Shown here one piece after another: positions 54,567 to 64,000 of a DNA stretch of 64,000 nt. The DNA lies in contig OZ024743.1 in assembly GCA_964016885.1 (NCBI GenBank), forward strand, positions 295,616,001 through 295,680,000, written 5' to 3'. The position numbers and the translations under genes are program-made. This DNA comes from Eledone cirrhosa (lineage: Eukaryota). Under the pieces are notes generated by a model, which did not search any database, was not told the DNA's origin, and saw nothing but the letters and a program-made list of their open reading frames with translations. Within the stretch, counting starts at the first letter, position 1; each line of letters begins with the position of its first letter.

Positions 54567-55262
54567 TATGTGTGTATGTATATAAATATACATATATATA
54601 TATATATATATATATTCACACGAAGACAACCAGACGTTTTGTATTGTTTTGTTATTGTATCAGTTACAAATTTAGTTTATACTAATAGAAATAAAAAAAA
54701 TAAGAAGAAATATATATAAGAAAAATAACACTCTAAAACTCAAATGCTCCTTTTATAGGTTACATTATCTGGAATTGCTCTTAACTCGGAACAATAAATA
54801 GCCTTCATGTTGAAGAAAGAAAACAATTTATATAAATTAGTTCCTATATCAAACATCAAAGTTTAAGTTCGCTATTTTCTTCTCCTTTGTTTCTTCAAAA
54901 CGAAAAAGAATCATTTTGCGCAGTGAAGCCAAAGCTATAAAACAAAATTTATGATACCTAATATTTTATTTTTATCTATTTATCTTCCCTTTTATTTTTG
55001 ATTTTATTTTATTTTAGTATACTGCTTTCAATTTATATGTTATTTGTTACGTTTTCGAGTTGCCATTTTGTCATCTGATTTCTTATATATCTTCTATATT
55101 TTTTTCCTTATCCACTTTTCAAATTTGTCATTATCTCTTTGTCTCCAATCTATGTCAATGTCATTTACTTTTCTGTTTATCTCTCATTCATTATCTCTCG
55201 TTCACTCTTCTCTATATATCTAATCTTACACAGTATATCTATATCTATATCTATATCCACCA

Positions 55263-55293
<31 letters not shown>

Positions 55294-57302
55294 AATATAT
55301 AATTCTATATATATGTGTGTGTGTGTGGTTATCCATATACGTCTGTTGGCACGCGTATATAATCTTATATTGGCATTAGAAAGTTCTTTCATTTTTTTTA
55401 CTAACAGTATTTTTTAATTAGTGTTTTTATTTATTATTTCTGTAGATTGTTGCCTCTTATAGTTGTTGCTTAGCATTTTCGATTTTAGAATTGTAAAACG
55501 CCTTTATACCATTTAGAAAACAATACATGGTAATATATTTTCGCTATTACTATATTTTTATTACAACTTACTGGTGTTGTTGGATATTCTTGTGTAGCTG
55601 TTTTTATCTTTGTTTATTATTAATATTATAGCTATGTGGAATGACTAATATTGTTGTGGCTGTTGTTATTGTTGTCTTTCTTGTCATTGTGATTCTTATA
55701 TTCTTTTAACTTACTGTGTTTCTAAATGTTATGTATCGACAAATTTATAATTTTTTATCATTATTTGTTTTTTTTTGTTTTGTAATTTTTTAATAGATTA
55801 TGTTGTTGATGTGGTGGATTTGATGGTGATGATGGTTATTATAGTTTTAGTGTGTGTATTTTTATTGTTGTGGTGGTGGTATTAGTTGTTGCGGTGGTAT
55901 TGTTGTTTTTCTGGTTGTATTGGTTGTTGTTTATGGTGGTGATGGTTTTTGTTTTTATTGTTTCATTATTTTCTATATTCAATTCGTATTTTGCTTTATC
56001 ATTCCATTTCATATCTACAGTATTGTATGCAAACTAGCGAAAATGAGATGTTATATGATAATAACCCTGCTTGCACACTAACCAATGAGAAGTGTAAGTG
56101 ATAAAACTGTTAGACAGTAAATTCATAAGAAAGGTAGATCCCAGGAGAAAGAGAAATGGAGAGTCACAGGGAAAGTAAAGTAATTTAGAAACAAGTTGAA
56201 GTTAGAGATAGAAAGAGCGAGGCCTGGCATGAGACAAAGAAAAGGCGGGAGGGAAGTATAATAAAAGACAGCAAGTAAACAAGCAAGAAAGAAAATAGAT
56301 AGAAATAAAGAAAATCCAAATGAATGAATAAATAAATGGGAATTCGGAGATTCATAGATAAGTAGTTATATACGTATGTAGTTAGACATAGTGTATTTTT
56401 GTTTTGTGTGTTTGGAGGATAGGAATTGTCAATGACGTTCACAGACTCTCTAAGATCAGACAGATTAATGTTGTTAATTTTCCGCTTAAAGAAAGACATA
56501 AGTAAAGAGGTGTAGGAAATGAATACAATATGGGTGAGAGGAGGAAAGATGAGTGAGGCAGGAGTGTCTTAATGGGTATGACATGAGGCTAGTCAACGGC
56601 GAATAGCAGATACCAATACAGGAGCAGTACGAAAAGCAGAAACTAGAGTGTGATTTTGAGTGACTTTCTGCCAATTAGTCAAGCGGCTTTTCTCTTGATA
56701 CATTCTAAGACGTCTGTGTATAAACAAGTAACACCGTTACAGATGAAGGAGCAAAACTTCCTTGTATATCTCAACTTGTGATTATAAATGTATCCCTAGG
56801 AGGCGTTCTGCTGTTATGAACAAAGTTTAAAACCCTGATATGAAAAGAACGAGCTAAAATATGATAAGAGGTATTCCAGTCATGATCATACGGGATCCAT
56901 CAATTTAATACGTCATTTGGTGGAGATTTGACGGCTATTTCTAGCAGGTTTAACCCCCTAGGCTACGCTAGGAAAAATAGTAGAACATCTTCGACTACAC
57001 AGCACCTGGCATTTGGCATTCCACCTCACCTAACTGCAATCCCCTTGACTCCTTAATGTGGGGCGCGGTTGAACGAAAGACTAACAGATGAGTTACAACA
57101 CGAAGGACGAGCTGAGAGCCAGGACACAGTAGTTTCTTCGTTTAAAAATACGAGTATCTATATTAGTGTAATCAGCTAGCAGCCTTGTCATGAAAATAAA
57201 AGGTATAGATTCGATTCCCAAGCACGTTTATTCCCAATTTTTTTCTGATCTATGGGTATATATGCAATTATTAAACTATTTTCTGCATTCAAAATTCGAT
57301 TC

Positions 57303-57362
<60 letters not shown>

Positions 57363-58106
57363 GTGCGTCAAAATGTGTTATTTGCGTTCTGTGCATGAGA
57401 TATTTTTAAGTTGCGTTGTCCATTCTCTAAGTATATTTGATCATGTTGTGGATGAGGTTGAAGAAATCTGCTTTACACAACACAATTAAGTGTTCTACCT
57501 ACTTGGATATATTTTATGAAATCCAACTTCAGTATACATATATAAGTGTTTTGTGTATGTATATATATATGTATATATATATTATATATATATATGTGTG
57601 TGTGTCTGTAGATATATATGTATGCATATATATAAATGGGAGTTATATATATATATATGTGTGTGTGTGTGTTTGATGGTAGCTATGATGTTTCCATAGG
57701 CGGTATGCCGGTTGAGCACTATATGTTCTTACAGAGCCGAGTGTGATATAATATAAAACGAAAAATCATTGATTAATCTGGACTCAATTTATTGGGTGTT
57801 ACAATTGTTTCGCCGGCAGACAGCTCGAGACACGATCATTGTATGGATCTGTCTGATTCTGGAACTGCAGGTTCCTCGGACACTGGCAATAATTTCGGAT
57901 CAAATTTTCTCACTGGGGTGTTAGCATATATAAACATCTTGTTGTTTTTCTATGTCATCATAAATTCTGGCCATTGTTGCTGTCACACCAGCCATCAGCT
58001 GTCCCTCCGCCTGACACACTTCAATGAATCCAGGCTGGGTTTGGTATTTCACAAGTCCACTCATACACACATATACACACATACACATATACATACATAC
58101 ACATAT

Positions 58107-58142
<36 letters not shown>

Positions 58143-58469
58143 CTATATATGTATTATATATATATATACCCATATATATATATAAACACTCACATAAACA
58201 CACACACACGCGCACACAACCATATAACTAACAACATACACGTCCACAGACGCCTGCCTACATTCCCACGTACATCAGCTCTCACACGCACGCACACACG
58301 CACTCGCACATACACACAAGTGTCCGTATATAGAGGCACAAAAACAGACTCGCTCCCAAACACACACACATATATATATATATAACTCCCATTTATATAC
58401 ATGCATACATATATATCTACACACACACATATATAAATTGAGTCCAGATGCATCACTGATTTTTCGTTT

Positions 58470-58538
<69 letters not shown>

Positions 58539-58541
<3 letters not shown>

Positions 58542-58591
58542 AGTATGTATGTATACGTACATACATATATGTATACAGACGTACAGTAACA

Positions 58592-58659
<68 letters not shown>

Positions 58660-58852
58660 CAGGTACACATACATATATGTACGCATCAGTTTAGCGGACG
58701 CTTATTACAGCGCCCGCTTTGTTCGTTTGTAAATAAACTGAACAGCCTGAATTTATGCCGCACGGTGTTAAGGCAACCACGTCACCTTTTTTAAACTGAT
58801 GCGTACATATATGTATGTGTACCTGATGCGTACATATATGTATGTGTACCTG

Positions 58853-58900
<48 letters not shown>

Positions 58901-59010
58901 TGCTACTATACGTCTGTATACATATATGTATGTACGTATACATACATACTTACATTTAAGTAAGTGCCGTACTAAGAGTGAGAAATGAAATTTCATTTTC
59001 ATTTTATTAC
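58539..59010 (+). mobile_element. diverged partial copy of retrozyme-like family 1 with inversion
   Basis: ACTTACATTTAAGTAAGTGCCGTACTAAGAGTGAGAAATGAAATTTC shared with 32161/32607; 58539-58791 is the reverse complement of the 32410-32615 type sequence. Confidence 0.8.
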
Positions 59011-59036
59011 AACTATATATATATATATATATATAT

Positions 59037-59231
59037 TACGAAAGAAGTGTGGTAAGGAACCAGGTGAACCATAATGCACCAGAGTACTCGATATTTAGGG
59101 TAGTATAGTGGGTAATAAGAAAATGTTCACGGCCCCGACGGCAGAGCTCAATCCGTTTCGACGGCTATTTGTGGGTCAGAAATAGCCGTCGAAACGGCTT
59201 GGGCTCTGTCGCCGGAGTCCTGAACATTTTC
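59037..59231 (-). mobile_element. hairpin-capped pLTR fragment, homolog of 40131-40324
   Basis: Palindrome 59119-59231 centred ~59174. Confidence 0.7.
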
Positions 59232-59239
59232 ATTTATAT

Positions 59240-59271
<32 letters not shown>

Positions 59272-59538
59272 GGGGGAGAGAAAGAGAGAGAGAGAGGGGG
59301 AGAGAGACAGACAGACAGACAGAGAGAGCATAGTGCCGTATTCAACAAAACCATGTAAACGAACTTGGGTAAACGAGAATGCCGTGGAGGATTATCGTTT
59401 TCATTGAAGCTGACATTCGAAGAGTACATATTGTGTCACGATATAAGTAAAGAATTACATCAGTGCTACACTTATTCGTAGCATACTTAACCACATACAA
59501 TTTGTATGTCCAATTGATCGATAGACTCAATACTTATA

Positions 59539-59575
<37 letters not shown>

Positions 59576-59722
59576 AGGAGTTGACGGACCCAGCATATTT
59601 ATCAATGCCAGGACCGGTTGTATCTCAGCGTACTCAATAGGCAATGTAAGATACATTCCCAGAGTATACACATAGTTATTTGCTTCAATACAACACACGT
59701 AAAACGGGTGCCTATAATAGTT

Positions 59723-59832
59723 CCCGGACTCGAGGTTCGGCCACACTTAATGCAGCATAAGGTGCACTGCACCCTCCGTCTGCATATTTTATGCAACAAT
59801 GCATAATTGGCGCATGAGGCTTCATCAGCGGG
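59723..59832 (-). ncRNA. type I hammerhead with ~80-nt stem II, one core mutation
   Basis: CCCG-CTGATGA-A-GCC...GGC-C-GAAC-CTCGAG-TC-CGGG (GAAA to GAAC) within a ~630-bp TA-flanked unit 59572-60205. Confidence 0.65.
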
Positions 59833-60393
59833 TATCTCCTAATCAATAGCCAATCGATCCACAGAATCCAGCCCATGCCGACACGGTAAAGCGACTAGCA
59901 ACTGGAATCCAATACAACTCTGTCCCTCGACTAGCCACCGATTTACAAACTTTACGTGGTGGCGGGAGAATAGAAAACAAATCTTTTCGTTCCCGTCAAA
60001 AATACCCAGCCAACGTGTCTCACACACGAATTAATAAGAGGTGAAAAGATGGTTATTAGAAATAGCAGCCCCACATCGATGTATAATAGAATGATAGCAT
60101 TCGGCTCATGTCTCCACGTTCCATGGCTAGAGGAAAGCGATAGTAACAATGGTAGTGCCAAGAACCTTTAACGGACATTAAATGCCAGTATCTATTATAG
60201 AGCGATATATATATATATATTGTGGTAAAAACACAGGAGGTTATATTCCGTAGTAAGTAGATCGCTCAGTCTATAGGATGAATTCGGTATAGAGTTAGTT
60301 CTCATCGCATCTATACACGGGTTGAAAAACCGCTCGGTGAAACACACGTCCTCGAGTATGGTTCACTAACTTGTTCTAGAACTAACACACACA

Positions 60394-60456
<63 letters not shown>

Positions 60457-61064
60457 TGTGTGAGTGTGTGTGTAACTTTTGCTCTCAATAAATAAACACA
60501 CTACAACTCCTTTTTAGATTGTATTGTATATGTATAAATATAAATATAACTACACTGGAAGAATAGTAATAACTACAAACACTATCATCTTCTTAAAAAG
60601 GTTATTTGCATGTATGAAATTATGTATAAATCGCAATCATATTCGTGCGTATGTTGTAGATATGTATGTATGTGTGTATGTATGTGTGTATGTACGTATG
60701 TGTGTATGTAGATTGCGTAATATTCATTTCACGTAAGGTCTGCAACTCTATTTGTGGATTAGATGGACAGTTAGCTATACATCACTATACACCTCTGCAT
60801 ACTGATGTGCATCTATATAGCTTTGTTTTTAACGTCTACCAGGGGATATGTAGGTGTCAGGGTCAGTTTGAAGAGCCTCTCTAGAAAACACGATTACTTT
60901 TAAATATCAGTGATCGTCTGCGAATACCAGTGGACAGCTTTCATGTATACATATATAAATGTATTTCGGTATGAATGTATATATATACATTCATACCTCT
61001 ATTTATATGCATGTATAGATGCATGTATGTATATGTATATGAATATATATGTATATATATGTAC

Positions 61065-61144
<80 letters not shown>

Positions 61145-61396
61145 AAGAAAGCAAAAGAATGACTTCACTTGTAGTGTTAAAAAATTTTTGATTTAATGTT
61201 ATATTATAATATTATGAGTTTGATCTACCAACTCATAATATTATAATATTATGACATTAAATCAAAATGTTTTAACACTATAAGTGAAGACATTCTTTTT
61301 CTTTTTTTCAAATATACCTAACTCTACCAAGCATCTCACACATTTTCCAATATATATATATATAAGTATATATATATATATAGATATATATGTATA

Positions 61397-62432
61397 TCTA
61401 TATATATATAAAGTTGTAGTTCTTGTCCGTTTGTTTGTTTGTCTGTTTGTTTGTTCACGAACTCCTATGGTTTTGGAGATAGACCCCCATAACCATATAT
61501 ATTCTGAAATTCCATTGCCCAGGGTACTTGGATAAGTATATTTCATTTTAATCAAAGGGTTCCCCGGGGGCATAAACCCCCGCTGAATTTTTTTCCCTTC
61601 GATTCATATGAAATTTAGACCATAGGATAGGTAAATGACAAGATGTGATGCCTATTCACAAAATTTCAGCAAATTTCAATAATATTATGACACCCTAATG
61701 GGGTTTTAAACCTCCTATAGTGAAAATGTTGGCCAATAAATGGAACAAGATGTGTTGTAATGAAGATTACATGAGAACTTGATTGAAGCAACCATTATAT
61801 TCGGGGCTTACAAAGGTCAAGCTCTTCTCATTCCGAGGATTCCACTTATACCAAGTGATAGCGAGTTGCCTTTTACATTTAAGAGGCTGCAATTCCCAGT
61901 GAGGCCATGACTCGCCATGAGCCTAAGAGTCAATGTGAAACTTTCAAAACTATTGGTATAGATCTGACTAACCCATGTTTCAGCCATGGCATGTTTTCTG
62001 TGGCTGTTTCAAGGACTGGAACTTCAAAAAATCTCTACATTTTAGCTAATCAAAGAAAAACAAGTAATGATGTTTACCCTGAAGGTCTTCATTAGGACAA
62101 AGTATGAAATATATGTTCATGTATTTATTATGTTAAAAAATAAATAATTAAACTTTGAATTTCTAATTTGAAAATAATGCTTTACACAAAAATGAAATGA
62201 TCAAGTTTTGAATTGATAATTTGAAAAAAATAAGAATAAGATTTAATAATGTAATTTTGATTTGATATATTACAAAAAATAACGTTTTCCAATTTTTCAT
62301 GCATTACATTTTACATTGAGTAATATTGAAATGCTGAGTTTTTCTCCATAAATTATATCACTAAATTAAAATCAATCATCATTTTCTTGCAAAAAAATGT
62401 GAAACGCAGCAAGGCACGGGTAATTCGGCTGG
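61397..62432 (+). mobile_element. non-autonomous Helitron retaining Pif1 helicase C-terminus
   Basis: A|TC 5' end; IPRIPLIPSDSELPFTFKRLQFPVR, KSQ..GIDL..CFSHG..VAVSR; decayed subterminal hairpin then CTGG|T. Confidence 0.85.
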
Positions 62433-63127
62433 TATATACATATATATATATGTGTGTGTGTGCGTGTGTGTGTGTGTGTGTGTGTACAGGAGTGTCAGTG
62501 TGGGTGGGTGTAAATATGTATATATGTATGTATGTCCGTGCATGTAAGTATGTATAGATAGACAGATAGGTAGATAGATAATGATATTGAATTGAAGAAT
62601 AATGGAAATAGACACTGAAAGAAAATAGATTAAAGCGATCCTTATAGGTATGTGTGTTAATGTAGTCATACGCAAAATTATTAAAACGCAATTAAAATGT
62701 TCACTAAAAAGATAGAAAATGTAAATTAGGGAGAAAGATATATGAATTAAACTGTAGTGAAACAATACCGATTAAATATATTCACAAAAGGTATGGGAGG
62801 GGCAAATGAAACCAGGAAGTGGATGGAAAACGTAAAGTGGATAGAAATAAATAAAAAAGTGGAATATAAAATATAGCTTTAAAAATCACAGAATCGAAAT
62901 AAAAGATTATAAAGGTGATGGGAAAGATTGATTTTACAAGATATGTATAACGAATGTGAATGTCAGAATTCCTAGAATTGTGAACCAAAATACCCTCGGA
63001 GGTTTAGTTATAATTAATGAACTTGTGAGTGCAAACTAGATTGGAGTTGATCTAATAGGTATCAAATCAGATTTGTCGTGAAAATCACCGACTGTACGTT
63101 CAGTAATATGTGTAGCGCCATGAATAA

Positions 63128-63322
63128 TGGTTTCTGATTTAGGCACAAGGCCAACAATTTGGGAAATCAATTAAATCGATCGCCGTGTGTTACTGATACT
63201 ATATTATATCGAACCGGTCAGGATGAAAAGCAAATCTAATCACGGCGGGAATTGAACTTATAACGTAAAAAAATGTGACTTATATGCCACAAAGGATGTT
63301 GTCCAGCGCTCTACCGATACTA
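63128..63322 (-). mobile_element. SINE, diverged
   Basis: TTTAGGCACAAGGCC...GGATGAAAAGCAAA...GGCGGGAATTGAACT...CTCTACCGATAC. Confidence 0.75.
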
Positions 63323-63519
63323 CTGTGTCGGACCAAAGGTTGACAGGCTTTCATGCCTAGTTTCATGATCCACACGCTATCAAAGCTGGCGGTATTGAAT
63401 GTTCTGGTTCGTTCCCTGGTTGCGTTGAAATCTAAGTTGTCAGAACTTGATTTTACACGAAATTTATTGTATTCTGCCAGTTGTTCTACACTTTTTTTAA
63501 CAGATATTTTTTGAAACTT

Positions 63520-63818
63520 GCTGCAAGCTGGAATTCCTAGATTATGGGTCGAGCTGTAGTGGAGGTGTGGAGAAAAGTTTAAAAAATGTGGAGTGTTATA
63601 GACAATACCAGGCCCGCAACTCTTTAAGATTCTCTCAAATTATTGAGCATTTTTGCTATGCATCACGGAGATACACGATTCTAGATCTAACTTCGATTAA
63701 GTGCTGATCAAGTTGGATGATTCTAAAGCATTTGAGAGGGTCGATCACCGATACGTGACAGGGTTTGGTGCAAGGGATTTGGAACCAATATTCAGAGGCT
63801 AGAACACTGCAGTGTATC
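63520..63818 (+). pseudogene. Tx1 RT fragment, heavily decayed
   Basis: VLIKLDDSKAFERVDHRYV matches the RT motif of the two Tx1 copies. Confidence 0.7.
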
Positions 63819-64000
63819 TTCTAAGTTGAGTTATCATCAGGCTTTCATTCCACGCAATCATTTTGTCGAAAGTATCCTCTACTAACATGTATTTCTTGGA
63901 TAACAACTAACCGTTGTGTTATTATATTTTCATTCTTTTTTGTATTTTATCTAATTTGTCTGTTTAATTATAAACAACAATTAGATAAACAAAGGCCTTT

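Overview
AT-rich, microsatellite-dense eukaryotic DNA with no recognisable host exon. The SINE family and (TA)n/(GA)n/(GT)n load suggest an octopus genome (inference). Nearly all supplied ORFs are microsatellite noise. Real content: (1) a complete but decayed AcademX DNA transposon (5278-11002; TAG..CTA ends, ATA TSD); (2) an 11.6-kb stack of two full-length Tx1 LINEs, a SINE and an R4/Dong fragment, all joined through (AAT)n tracts, with the SINE and Tx1 sharing a 3' end; (3) fragments of RTE, CRE, Tx1 and Neptune-type Penelope-like elements (PLE), plus a Helitron; (4) the most notable signal, from ~29 to 60 kb: many unrelated short non-coding units sitting in (TA)n tracts that carry type I hammerhead ribozyme (HHR) motifs. 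Six have intact canonical cores and several more are variant or decayed. Two units are ~440-450-nt terminally redundant, hairpin-capped, retrozyme-like elements. Several palindromes have their symmetry axis inside the ribozyme itself. All RNA pairings were read by eye and activity is untested.
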